From: a virus
Lineage: Duplodnaviria > Caudoviricetes
DNA: 58,660 nt
Strand: one strand, 5' to 3'
IMG/VR virus record: IMGVR_UViG_3300029327_000042
Location: 1 to 58,660 of that record
Part shown: positions 1 to 9,000 of the stretch, piece by piece
Layout of the letters: the number at the start of each line of letters is the position of its first letter
How positions within the stretch are numbered: position 1 is the stretch's first letter
Translations under genes and position numbers: made by a program
The notes under the pieces: generated by a model
Database searches by the model: none
Told to the model about the DNA's origin: nothing
The model's input: the letters and a program-made list of their open reading frames with translations, nothing else

Positions 1-32
1 CTTCAGCAGCGAATTCCCCGCTTATTTGCTGA

Positions 33-78
33 TGGGCCGCCAGGGTCTCGAACCCCGAACCTCCTGATTAAGAGTCAG
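33..78 (-). tRNA. 3' half of tRNA-Lys(CTT); truncated copy, att-site scar
   Basis: Reverse complement reads CTGACTCTTAATCAG-GAGGTT-CGGGGTTCGAGACCCTG-GCGGCCCA (anticodon arm, T arm, acceptor 3' strand). The D arm and 5' acceptor strand are absent beyond 78. Confidence 0.85.
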
Positions 79-209
79 AAAAAAGCGAAAAGCGTGAGTA
101 GCTAAGGTGATGTATCGGTAAGTTATTTCTATGTAACATCGCGATTTAACGATGGTAATCCTTTTGCTGATTTTCACCGTATTACCCATCGTTACCTGTC
201 CTTTAAAGC

Positions 210-231
210 GATTATGGCAGGATTATGGCAG
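210..231 (+). repeat. GATTATGGCAG x2 tandem repeat, putative integrase arm-type sites
   Basis: Exact 11-bp tandem repeat about 130 bp inside the tRNA-Lys fragment. Confidence 0.5.
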
Positions 232-529
232 AAAATTTGTGAAGGTAAGTAAGCGAAATGACGCTGCTTTGCCGAAGGTACCCGATTTTGGTCCTTATTT
301 AAGGCTTAGCCATATTTTCCCCCATGATCGTCAACTACTTTCACCTACTATTCACTTCATGAATCTGATAAACGCGGTTTGAAAAAGTGGCAGATCTTCC
401 CATTACTTCATAGGAGGAAATCGCAGCGAGAGATTCCTCTATACTCGCATGGCCCTATTCTGAAGCCCATCTTTGACCTAAAAGCTATAGCATATTATAC
501 TTAAATTAGATAATAACTAAAATAACGAT

Positions 530-712
530 GTGGAACAATCTAAACCAAAATCAATCATCAAAAATAAGATGTATATAATCCTGGGAATTCTGGCAATTGT
601 GGCTGTATTTTATACTGCCGTCTATTTTTACCAAAGAGCGACGAGAGAATCATCTTTTCCATTGAACCACGGTAAGCCTTTAGATGTGAACCAACCAGCT
701 ATTAAAGAGTAG
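530..712 (+). CDS. small single-TM membrane protein (similar layout to 25931-26176)
   Basis: Basic N-terminus plus hydrophobic helix. Shares an 18-bp upstream sequence and a GTG GAA start with 25931. Confidence 0.6.
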   Translation: MEQSKPKSIIKNKMYIILGILAIVAVFYTAVYFYQRATRESSFPLNHGKPLDVNQPAIKE

Positions 713-750
713 CAGTTTAGAGTGCTTAATACTAAGTTACAAGTTCTATT

Positions 751-790
751 AAAAAAAAGCAGAATCTCAGTTGAGAGTCTGCCTTTTTTT
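751..790. terminator. bidirectional rho-independent terminator
   Basis: A8-GCAGAATCTC-agtt-GAGAGTCTGC-c-T7 between convergent genes. Confidence 0.75.
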
Positions 791-814
791 AGTTATTTAT
801 GCCTGAGCATTCGT

Positions 815-3748
815 TTAGAAAGGAACAAATGTTATGAGTTTTGGGACGGCCACAAATGTATTCACCAATAACGAAGCGCTATTTATTGTTAAAAACACTG
901 TATCCCATGTGTCCCAGCACAGATTAAGCACACTAGTATGAGTCCCATCGGCATTGTCACTTTCAATAAAGTTGACTGTACACCAGTGAGAATCATTATT
1001 CCAAGTATCATTGATCAGTAAGTATTCGACGCCGTTTATCCTTTTATAACCAGTCGCCAAAACAGCATGTCCTCCACTAAGATCCGGCATACCTATTTGG
1101 GAGACTACTACCCATCCGGAAACATAAGCTGGTTCTCCGTTCATGAGCTTTTGTTTCAATACATCTAACGTCTGGTGTGAAGACAGAAGCAATGGATTGA
1201 GGTAGTCGATGTCCCACTGTACATAAACGTTTTGGGGACTTGCCGATGTTTGAATGCTAACGGAATAATCCCTCATTTTTTCCAGCGTTACCTGATCATC
1301 AACCCACGTCCCGCCCTTTTGAATGTAAGCATCGAGGTACATTGCCATCGACTCGAGTATCTTCTCAGTGTTTTCCGAGTAAGCGGAGTTGTCAAGCTGA
1401 ATGCCATAGGGATTCATACTATTAAAATAGTAGAGAAACATCATCGTAAATGAAACCGGCACACACCCCGCCGGTCCAGCACTACCCGTACCATCAAAAA
1501 ACCGATAGGCTGAATCTTTTTGGTTTATGGCAGGAACCGACAAGGAAAATTCAGTATCAGGTTCATTCCCAGTCGTTTGAGGTCTGAATACCGCTTTGAC
1601 CGCTCTTGAATTTAAAAGGGTTAAGGGCAGAGTGTCCTGCGCATAGAGTGCATTCTCCACAACCCAAACGTCAAAAACCCACCCTGGATTTGCCGCTGCA
1701 GTAAGGGTTGCAACAGTTCCGGGACTTACGGAAGTTTGGCAACTTTGAGAACAGATGAGACCATTCACGTCATTGGACACACTTCCAGCATCAGTTGGAT
1801 CGACCGTTACGGCGAGTGTATTAACGGGGAGAAAAACAGCTTTTAAGGTATTGGCTGCATACATGGTAACTTGAAGAGGATTCTGCGTGTATGGTTTGTT
1901 GTAGCCGTTCAGTTCCCAATGATCAAAAACGAATCCTAGATTTTGATGAGCCGACACTTGTACGTTCTGCTCCGAAGGGTAATCCTGCTGACAAGTGTTT
2001 GGTGGTGATCCGTTGCAAGAAATCCCACCAATATCACTTGTTATGGAACCACCTTCCACAGGGCTAGAAACTACGGTGAGCGAGTAGATCGGTTGAAAGA
2101 CAGCGGAGAGATGCATCGGGTCCGTTATGGTGAAAGTGTCAGTTGAACTAGTTGACACTACATTGCCTCCCACCATCCAATGGACAAAAGTGTAACCAGG
2201 TTGGGGTTGAGCGGTGAGGGTGATTTGCTGATTGTAATCCAATGCTTCTTCACAGTCGCCGGGGCAACTGATCCGAGGATTTTGTGGAATATTTTCTACA
2301 ACCGTTCCGCTGAATTCCGGACTAACGCTGACACTAATCCCCGGCAGTGGGGCGTAATATGCGGTCACGGTCTTGCTCGCGTTCATGGTGACGGTCAGCT
2401 GAGTCGTGTAATACGTATAATTCTGACCATCGTACCAGTAATGCAGGGTGTATCCTGGTTCTTCGAGAGCCGTAAGCGTGACCTGCTGGTTGAGAGGGTA
2501 TGCCTCGTTGCAATCGCTTCCTTGCGAGCCGCAATTGATCCCCGGCCCAGAAATCGATCCTTGGTTGGAGGGATTAGCCACCGTGGTTAACGTAAGCTGA
2601 CCAAGATTGAACAGCGACGGAGAAGGAACTTTTTTGTCAACGTTAGTCCCATCACCAAACCGGCCATTGTTGTTAAACCCCCATGCCTGAACACTTCCGT
2701 CTGACTTACCCGCAAAGCTAGCCTCTGCTTCCATCATAGCTCTGGGTATTACTGTATAAGTTTGTCCGGGATTGACGTTATATGGGGTGAATTTGTCGGT
2801 GGTGGTATTATTTCCGATCTCGCCCTTATAATTGTATCCCCACGTCCATAAGCTTCCGTTCAACTTCAATCCCATGCCGTGCAAGTACCCAGCGGAAATA
2901 GCCGACCAATCATTTTCTCCTGGAATTTTATAGGGGGTCAGCCTATATCCGCTGTTCCATCCATCTCCGGATGCTCCATTATTTTCGGTGCCCCAAACCC
3001 ACCGCGTATGATCGGTTTTCAACGCTATGGTAAAGTTACTTCCTCCTACCGCTTGCAACCAATCCGTAGCCGTACCAACTTGTAATGGACTGAGGACATT
3101 CACTCTGGAATTATTACCCATTTCCCCGAAACTATTACTTCCCCAGACCCACAGTGTTCCATTGGTTTTTATTGCCAACGAATGATATTCTCCGGCGCTA
3201 ATGGATTTCCAATCGGTATCAGTTCCCACTTGAATTGGTATAAGAGAACTGTCCATTGTTCCCCTTCCTAATTGTCCAGCGGAATTATATCCCCAAGCCC
3301 ATAAGGAACCATCAGATTTAAGGGCAAGTGTGTGAATTGCTCCGGAAAAAACATCTACCCAATCATTGTCACTGCCTATTTGGCCTGGCTGATTACTATA
3401 GTATTGCGCACCAATATTTCTACCAAGGGCATAACCCGAAGTATTTGCGCCCCATGACCAGAGCGTGCCATCGGATTTTATCCCAACACTAAAATAACCA
3501 CCGGCAGTAATTTTCGTCCAGACGCTCGGTAATTGCACCGGGGAAAGGGCATTGATTGTTGTTCCATTACCCACTTGACCATAATTATTTTGACCGCTTG
3601 CCCACAATGTTCCATTAACATCAAGAACAAGGGTATGAAATCTACCACCGGCGATTTGCGGCTGGACAGCCATAGCTGCCGTACTCGCACAAACGATGAA
3701 CAGCGAAGCTAAGAGTAATATTAACCATCCTCTAGACGATAAATACAT
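815..3748 (-). CDS. secreted RCC1-repeat protein with Ig-like/InlB-B-like repeats and C-terminal papain-like (C39/C10-like) peptidase
   Basis: Signal peptide after AAGGAG RBS (ATG 3748). About 7 repeats of GxxHxLALKxDGSLWxWGxNxxGQLG, 4 repeats of VTLTAxxxPGYxFxxW, and GCVPVS...GGHAVLATGY...LINDTW (Cys-His-Asp/Asn). Confidence 0.8.
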   Translation of the reverse strand: MYLSSRGWLILLLASLFIVCASTAAMAVQPQIAGGRFHTLVLDVNGTLWASGQNNYGQVGNGTTINALSPVQLPSVWTKITAGGYFSVGIKSDGTLWSWGANTSGYALGRNIGAQYYSNQPGQIGSDNDWVDVFSGAIHTLALKSDGSLWAWGYNSAGQLGRGTMDSSLIPIQVGTDTDWKSISAGEYHSLAIKTNGTLWVWGSNSFGEMGNNSRVNVLSPLQVGTATDWLQAVGGSNFTIALKTDHTRWVWGTENNGASGDGWNSGYRLTPYKIPGENDWSAISAGYLHGMGLKLNGSLWTWGYNYKGEIGNNTTTDKFTPYNVNPGQTYTVIPRAMMEAEASFAGKSDGSVQAWGFNNNGRFGDGTNVDKKVPSPSLFNLGQLTLTTVANPSNQGSISGPGINCGSQGSDCNEAYPLNQQVTLTALEEPGYTLHYWYDGQNYTYYTTQLTVTMNASKTVTAYYAPLPGISVSVSPEFSGTVVENIPQNPRISCPGDCEEALDYNQQITLTAQPQPGYTFVHWMVGGNVVSTSSTDTFTITDPMHLSAVFQPIYSLTVVSSPVEGGSITSDIGGISCNGSPPNTCQQDYPSEQNVQVSAHQNLGFVFDHWELNGYNKPYTQNPLQVTMYAANTLKAVFLPVNTLAVTVDPTDAGSVSNDVNGLICSQSCQTSVSPGTVATLTAAANPGWVFDVWVVENALYAQDTLPLTLLNSRAVKAVFRPQTTGNEPDTEFSLSVPAINQKDSAYRFFDGTGSAGPAGCVPVSFTMMFLYYFNSMNPYGIQLDNSAYSENTEKILESMAMYLDAYIQKGGTWVDDQVTLEKMRDYSVSIQTSASPQNVYVQWDIDYLNPLLLSSHQTLDVLKQKLMNGEPAYVSGWVVVSQIGMPDLSGGHAVLATGYKRINGVEYLLINDTWNNDSHWCTVNFIESDNADGTHTSVLNLCWDTWDTVFLTINSASLLVNTFVAVPKLITFVPF

Positions 3749-4064
3749 TACGTTCTCCTTTGGTGTGAAACTTATTGGTGAGTGTTCAGCATACAAGTCA
3801 TTACCTAACAAGGTATTGTATTCAATTGTAAAAGAACTCAGATACCTCCTTTCGTTTTAGTTTTAGTATCTATGACACTATATACTATGATAGCAGACGG
3901 CTATAATATGGTCAAAACTAGCAAGTCGTTAAGTGTGTTTGGTGAATGTTGTTGGTTTTGATATGAAGGAGAAAGGGGCTTTTAGTAGATGAGATTATAA
4001 ATCCCAGTTCATTCATGCATAAGACCCCTTCCCATGTTTTGGGTTGGGGTCTTTTTTGAAAGAA

Positions 4065-4235
4065 CTAATATCCACATTCCGCGCAACTTGTTTCGATCTT
4101 CCCGCCGCCCAGGGACACAATAATGATCGTGTTCGCGAAGTTGTGGCCGGGGGTGGCCTGGTGGCCGCAGTCGAGCTTGATGTGAGTGCCGGCCAGCAAG
4201 AGCTTGAGATCTTCTGTGGTGAGTTCCTTTTTCAC
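4065..4235 (-). CDS. 56-aa putative Zn-binding protein (not in ORF track)
   Basis: MKKELTTEDLKLLLAGTHIKLDCGHQATPGHNFANTIIIVSLGGGKIETSCAECGY. GTGA overlap with the DUF932 stop; GGAGG upstream. Confidence 0.65.
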   Translation of the reverse strand: MKKELTTEDLKLLLAGTHIKLDCGHQATPGHNFANTIIIVSLGGGKIETSCAECGY

Positions 4236-4963
4236 CGTCCACCCCCTCCCAGCGCGGTGATGGTGTGGTGCAGTTGCACATGCTTTTCCATCACCGTGAG
4301 CGGGGGTGAGGATTTCAACGCCTCGGTACAGGCGTTATAGAGACTCCACATGGTTCTTGGCCGAAACTCTTCATAGGTCGGGCGCAGCCATTCTTCTTTC
4401 ACGACGGTGAGTTGACGCGGACTGATTATGTCTCGCCCGTAGAGCAGCCCCATAAGTTTAAAGGCCTCCAGATCGTTCACGGGGTAACTTTTCATCGCTG
4501 CCGCATCCTCGGTGATCTTTGCAAAGCAGTCCTGGCTTCGGTAAAGCGTTTGAATGCAGGTTGTTTCCAGTGCGAGCCAAACATTTTTGGTATGTTTTTT
4601 CATCACCACGATCTCGCCTTGGAGGGCCAGATTGTCGCAGACAAAGACGCTGGCCCCCATGGCCAGGCCAATGGACATGGAGCGGTCGTAGCTATTGCGA
4701 AAGGCCAGCGAGAGCGCGAGATCGCCCACATCCTTTTGAAACTTGAAGAAGGCGAACATCTGGTTACCGTTCCGGGCCAGTCCGTAATGCTCGCCAACGA
4801 GCAGGTAATCTTTCAAAATGACTTGGGAGATGGTCAGGAGCTTGTTCGCCAAATGATAATGGCTCACTGGTTTATAGGTGTCCGACTCCTGAGGCAGCGG
4901 GATCAAATCTAACTGCTCACGGGTTACCTCTTTGCCATCAACATGCATCATAAAGCCTTCCAT
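4232..4963 (-). CDS. DUF932/DUF945-like protein
   Basis: YKPVSH...RNSYDRS...GASVFVCDNL...KKHT...TMWSLYNACTE motifs; GGAGG RBS. Confidence 0.8.
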   Translation of the reverse strand: MEGFMMHVDGKEVTREQLDLIPLPQESDTYKPVSHYHLANKLLTISQVILKDYLLVGEHYGLARNGNQMFAFFKFQKDVGDLALSLAFRNSYDRSMSIGLAMGASVFVCDNLALQGEIVVMKKHTKNVWLALETTCIQTLYRSQDCFAKITEDAAAMKSYPVNDLEAFKLMGLLYGRDIISPRQLTVVKEEWLRPTYEEFRPRTMWSLYNACTEALKSSPPLTVMEKHVQLHHTITALGGGGR

Positions 4964-5141
4964 AGTGACCTCCTGTGGGTTGGTTTTTCCTCAAAGCGAC
5001 GTAAATCATTGAAAAGAACCATGCTTCCCGGTGGGTTTCTTGGTTAACCGGGAATTACGATGGGAAAGAACTGAAAGGGTGGGGAAGCGGGACATTTTTG
5101 CCAGAGATCCGGGGGCGGGAAACGATTGGTTAACTGGAGGG

Positions 5142-5660
5142 TTAATGCTTGGACTTCGGTTCGGGTTGCTTTTCTGTGGCGGTTATCCCGAGGGCCACCG
5201 CATCAAACATGTTCTGGTGAAACTCCTCTTTCCAGGCGCGGTCCTGCGTCAGGTACACTTTGAGTTCGGGGAATCGCAAGATAATGGCTCGGGCCACCTC
5301 CGCTTTACTGGCCCGGCCATTACCGCAAATGTGTTTTTTCACGGTGCTGGGCGCAATGCAGATCACTTTGAGCTGCTTCCTTTTGCCGAGGGCCTTGATC
5401 TCGTCAGCAAAGACATTGAGCAGCGCGGCATTGCGGTTATTGGCAAAGAACGTTTTTTCCACCACCAGCACTCCCGGTTTCAGATCCGCCAGGAGTCGCA
5501 GGATCACCCGGCGACCTTCTTTGAGGGTGAAATGAGGGGTGGGGCCTTTGCGAAAGACCGTCACCCCGTGGTAGAGCAGCTTTTGTTTATCGAGGAGGGC
5601 CACGCCCATATAGCGGGTGCCGGGGTCAATGGCCAGAATATTGGTTTTGCTTTTTGGCAT
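5142..5660 (-). CDS. RuvC-like Holliday junction resolvase, catalytic residues intact
   Basis: ILAIDPGTRYMGVA, VVEK, PSTVKKHICGNGRASKAEV, MFDAVALG. Start at 5660 or 5690. Confidence 0.8.
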   Translation of the reverse strand: MPKSKTNILAIDPGTRYMGVALLDKQKLLYHGVTVFRKGPTPHFTLKEGRRVILRLLADLKPGVLVVEKTFFANNRNAALLNVFADEIKALGKRKQLKVICIAPSTVKKHICGNGRASKAEVARAIILRFPELKVYLTQDRAWKEEFHQNMFDAVALGITATEKQPEPKSKH

Positions 5661-5706
5661 AAGAGGGAGGATGAGCGAAGAGACCCCCATAATATCTTCG
5701 CTTTGC

Positions 5707-6204
5707 TTAATTATTATCCAATTCGTGGGCGCATAGAGCAGCGAGCGCCACCGCTTCAAAGAGCCTGATGTGATAGGGATTCTTAGCGGCCTTTTCTCGG
5801 TCGAGCTCATACATGAGGTCCGGATACTCCGTGGCAAGGATCTCGGCCATGGCCCGTTTGTTACTCTTTCGCTGTCCCGTAAAGAATCGTTCTAACCGTC
5901 TGAGCGGATACTCGCGCACCTTAGCGCCGTTTGACTCAGCCAGAATGGAGATCTCCTGGGTTAACTGGTTCAGCGCACGGGAGCTGCGACAGCGATCCAG
6001 CTTTTTTATCGCCAAGGCGGCTGGCTGATACCGCTGCAATAATGTCAGGAGAATGTATTTGGCTTTACCGGCCTTCTCCCTGGTTGAACGGCCCCTGAGC
6101 ACCTTGACTCGCCAGTCCCGTAGTTGAGTCCCCTGCAGGACGGCGATGCCAAGGTAGCGCGAGCCGGGATTAACGGCCAGAACGGTCCGTGGTGTTGGCA
6201 TCAT
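5707..6204 (-). CDS. RuvC-like paralogue with degenerate active site
   Basis: VLAVNPGSRYLGIA (D>N), LAIKK (E>K), LFEAVALA (D>E). Colinear with the neighbouring RuvC. Confidence 0.75.
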   Translation of the reverse strand: MMPTPRTVLAVNPGSRYLGIAVLQGTQLRDWRVKVLRGRSTREKAGKAKYILLTLLQRYQPAALAIKKLDRCRSSRALNQLTQEISILAESNGAKVREYPLRRLERFFTGQRKSNKRAMAEILATEYPDLMYELDREKAAKNPYHIRLFEAVALAALCAHELDNN

Positions 6205-6928
6205 GTTGTTTGATGAGATAGTTAAAGAGCGCCCCGCGACTTTTCTTGATGTGTTTGGCTGGTATGAGCATGATAGTGGCAAAGACCTGCCGTAAGAGGG
6301 GCTCGGGGTACTTTTTTGCGTAGGACCGGTAGAGCGCAAGGCCCTTAAGATCATCGAGCCCCTCAGCCAGATCATGGGCCAAGAGATCTTCTCGGGATGG
6401 TCCCTGGTAACCAGGCGTGCCACGGACCCGATTAAGGAACGCTTTTTTACCTTCGATATCGATTTTTAATAATCCTCTTTTTATCGATCTTTCGTTAGCC
6501 GTTGCATGGGAGGCGAATTTTTGCGAAAGCGAAGGGATATTTTGTGTCTGGGAGACCGTTTGAGAGGTGGGCCGCATGCCACGGCTGAGAGCTGAGGCCT
6601 GCCCCGGCTGGGGTGGCTGTATGGCGTTACCACCGGAGGCTTTCCATTTCTTCACCTGGATGGAAAGACACCGTCCGTTACTTTTCGTGGCGATATAGTC
6701 CCCCTCGCGAAGGATCTTGAGCCAGCGAAGGACCGTATCTCTTTCCAGGCCCATGTCGGTACAGATCGTCTGGATCTTCCGAACCAACATGCCGGTCTGG
6801 CGATTGGCACCGAGCACCAAATAGAGAAAGAGCCAAAGAGCATTTTTCATTTTGCGATAATGGGTCGCCCGTTCATCCATGATGAGCCCGGTCCAGAGTG
6901 GTGCCCACCACTGTTTGTTTTTTGCCAT
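6170..6928 (-). CDS. putative replication initiator (winged HTH N-terminus, DnaD-like C-terminus)
   Basis: ALWLFLYLVLGAN...ICTDMGLERDTVLRWLKIL winged HTH, low-complexity linker, C-terminal KKSRGALFNYLIK. Confidence 0.6.
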   Translation of the reverse strand: MAKNKQWWAPLWTGLIMDERATHYRKMKNALWLFLYLVLGANRQTGMLVRKIQTICTDMGLERDTVLRWLKILREGDYIATKSNGRCLSIQVKKWKASGGNAIQPPQPGQASALSRGMRPTSQTVSQTQNIPSLSQKFASHATANERSIKRGLLKIDIEGKKAFLNRVRGTPGYQGPSREDLLAHDLAEGLDDLKGLALYRSYAKKYPEPLLRQVFATIMLIPAKHIKKSRGALFNYLIKQHDANTTDRSGR

Positions 6929-6940
6929 AGGCCAAGGGAG

Positions 6941-6975
6941 TTCGCATCTGGCGCGGCGGGGCGGCCAGATGCGAA
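6941..6975. repeat. perfect 12-bp inverted repeat with 11-nt GC loop
   Basis: TTCGCATCTGGC-gcggcggggcg-GCCAGATGCGAA, 12 bp upstream of the Rep-like start. Confidence 0.9.
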
Positions 6976-7021
6976 ACGGTCAGTCTTGGGTTGATTAGTT
7001 GTTAAAACAGCACCGGATGGA

Positions 7022-7360
7022 TCACCAAGAAGGAGTGGAAAAAGTACGGTCCCGTTCCTGATTGGAAACGGCCTCCTCAGAAGAGTTGGGAAAATAACAC
7101 TGCTCCTTTTCGGTAAGTTCGGTGCGCACCTGTTGTAAGTGCTCCCCGAACAGGGCTTCCACCATGGTGCGATAAAGAACTGCCAGGCGAAAGAGATTAA
7201 GGGTGTCGGGTACGCACACGCCTGTTTCCCAGCGCGAAATCATGCTAGGGCTCTTGAGTCCTAAGATCCGGGCCACCTCCCGTTGAGTGAGTCCTCGAAC
7301 ACGGCGGTATCTCCGTAACCCATTGGCAATCAGTTTTCGCTTGGGAAAAACGTCTGTCAT
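7022..7360 (-). CDS. XRE-family HTH regulator
   Basis: LRRYRRVRGLTQREVARILGLKSPSMISRWETG. Confidence 0.85.
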   Translation of the reverse strand: MTDVFPKRKLIANGLRRYRRVRGLTQREVARILGLKSPSMISRWETGVCVPDTLNLFRLAVLYRTMVEALFGEHLQQVRTELTEKEQCYFPNSSEEAVSNQERDRTFSTPSW

Positions 7361-7578
7361 AGATGGTGCTTACATGGAGAGCGCGATGGCTCAGGAGCAT
7401 CCGAATTTTTACGGAATTGTCGCCCGCTTGTTTTCATACACAAACGGGGGTGCGCCTGAGCCAGCTACGTTGAGCACGCTCTGGTTCTACCGTAGCAGAG
7501 TGAAAAAGGCTGAAAAGCGGGGACAAATTGCTGGGTAAAGCAACCAGCTGAAAGGGCTATGAGAGTGGGGAAGAGTGT

Positions 7579-8859
7579 CTAATGTCTGGTATTGAGGGAC
7601 TGTTCGACCTTGGCGCACGGCGTGCCGTGAGCGGAACGTGAGGCGGCAATTACCGCTGATTTAAAGGAATTTTCCGTTGTAAAGGGGGGCAAAGTGACCG
7701 CGCTGAACGGCTTGGAGACATGGCCGTCGATCATAAGTTTTAGATAAATATGGTGGTTGGGAAGACTTACCAGGGATTCATCGTCAAAGACCGGCAAAAA
7801 TTCTTTGGCCAGGTATTGGGCGTCTTCGGCCCCGACCCGGAAGGCCAAGAGCGTACCGGCGTTTCCGAAGATCGCTGACCGGATCTTAGGGTCCAACTGG
7901 TTGATGTATTGATGCGCCAACACGAGATGAAGGCCGTATTTCCTTGCCTCAGAGAGAATGTCGGCAAACGAGAGGGTCAAAAAATTGTGAACCTCATCGA
8001 CATAAAGGTAAAAAGGCCGGCGGAGCTGCTCAGGGATATTGCCCCGGCTCTGAGCGGCCAGTTGCATCTGGGAAACCAACATAGAGCCTAAGAGCGTGGA
8101 GGTATCCTCGCCGATCTTTCCTTTGGCCAAGTTACAGAGCACGATCCGGCCCTCATCCATCACCTGGCGGAAACGGAAGGCGCTTTGCGCTTGGCCGAGC
8201 GTGTTGCGAAGCGGTGCGCTCACCGCGAACTGGCCGAACTTGTTGAGGATGGGAGAAATCGCTTCAGTCCGAAACCGGTCCGAATAGCGGTCAAACTCAC
8301 TGCGCCAGAAATCACGAATGTCCGGGTTGTTCACGAAAAACATGGCTTCCTTTCGAAACGCCGGTTGGGTGAGCAGGCACGTAACATCGAGCAGAGTGGT
8401 CCCCGGATAGTCCAAAAGCGTCAGCAGGGTGTACCTCAAGATATGTTCAAGACGCGGCCCCCAGAATTCCAGCCACACCTTTTTGAACACGCCAAGAAGA
8501 CCGGAGGCGACCAGTGGACGGTAATCTTGCGACACTTCGGCAATGGGATTGAAGCCGACCGGATAGGCAAGATCGGCGGGATTAAAGTAGATGACGTCCT
8601 TGATCCGCTCCGGCGGGATATGATCGAGAATATCTTCCACCAGGTCCCCGTGCGGATCAATCAAGGCCAAGCCGTGGCCGTTCCGGATATCCGAGATCAC
8701 CAGGTTGCGAAGCAAGGTGGATTTGCCGGTCCCGGATTTACCGATCAAGTACATGTGGCCGCACCGATCCTGCTCTTTAATGCCAAAGATCTTCTGGTTG
8801 TCCCGGTAATTCGTGGCGGCAAAAGGGGTAATGGCGTTTTGTTTTGGAGGGTTGTTCAT
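7579..8859 (-). CDS. VirD4/TraG-like (HerA/FtsK superfamily) ATPase without TM anchor
   Basis: HMYLIGKSGTGKS (Walker A), LIDPHGDL, YLYVDEVHNF (Walker B), SEARKYGL...AHQ. Start 8859 after AGAGGT. Confidence 0.85.
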   Translation of the reverse strand: MNNPPKQNAITPFAATNYRDNQKIFGIKEQDRCGHMYLIGKSGTGKSTLLRNLVISDIRNGHGLALIDPHGDLVEDILDHIPPERIKDVIYFNPADLAYPVGFNPIAEVSQDYRPLVASGLLGVFKKVWLEFWGPRLEHILRYTLLTLLDYPGTTLLDVTCLLTQPAFRKEAMFFVNNPDIRDFWRSEFDRYSDRFRTEAISPILNKFGQFAVSAPLRNTLGQAQSAFRFRQVMDEGRIVLCNLAKGKIGEDTSTLLGSMLVSQMQLAAQSRGNIPEQLRRPFYLYVDEVHNFLTLSFADILSEARKYGLHLVLAHQYINQLDPKIRSAIFGNAGTLLAFRVGAEDAQYLAKEFLPVFDDESLVSLPNHHIYLKLMIDGHVSKPFSAVTLPPFTTENSFKSAVIAASRSAHGTPCAKVEQSLNTRH

Positions 8860-9000
8860 ACCTCTATGGTACCGGCGATAAAGGCCTCTAAAAAGAGAGG
8901 CATTGTGGGCTTTAACGGCAATTTCGCCCGGCTTGTTGGTTCTCCTCACTGCGGTAGGCTGAAGGCAGCTCTTTTAAATCTTTCTACCCAGGAGGAAAAC

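Noticed and set aside
5031-5768. 245-aa plus-strand ORF and similar antisense ORFs (e.g. 9287-9985, 45014-45631, 56249-56845)
   Set aside because: They are shadows of well-supported genes on the opposite strand in GC-rich DNA and carry no motifs.
5142-6204. TnpB/Cas12/IscB RNA-guided nuclease
   Set aside because: The proteins are ~170 aa with contiguous resolvase-type RuvC motifs; no Zn finger, REC/WED region or array was seen.
8185-9000. 397-aa ORF 8185-9378
   Set aside because: The 5' part is the antisense shadow of the VirD4-like gene; the real start is ATG 9001 after AGGAGG.
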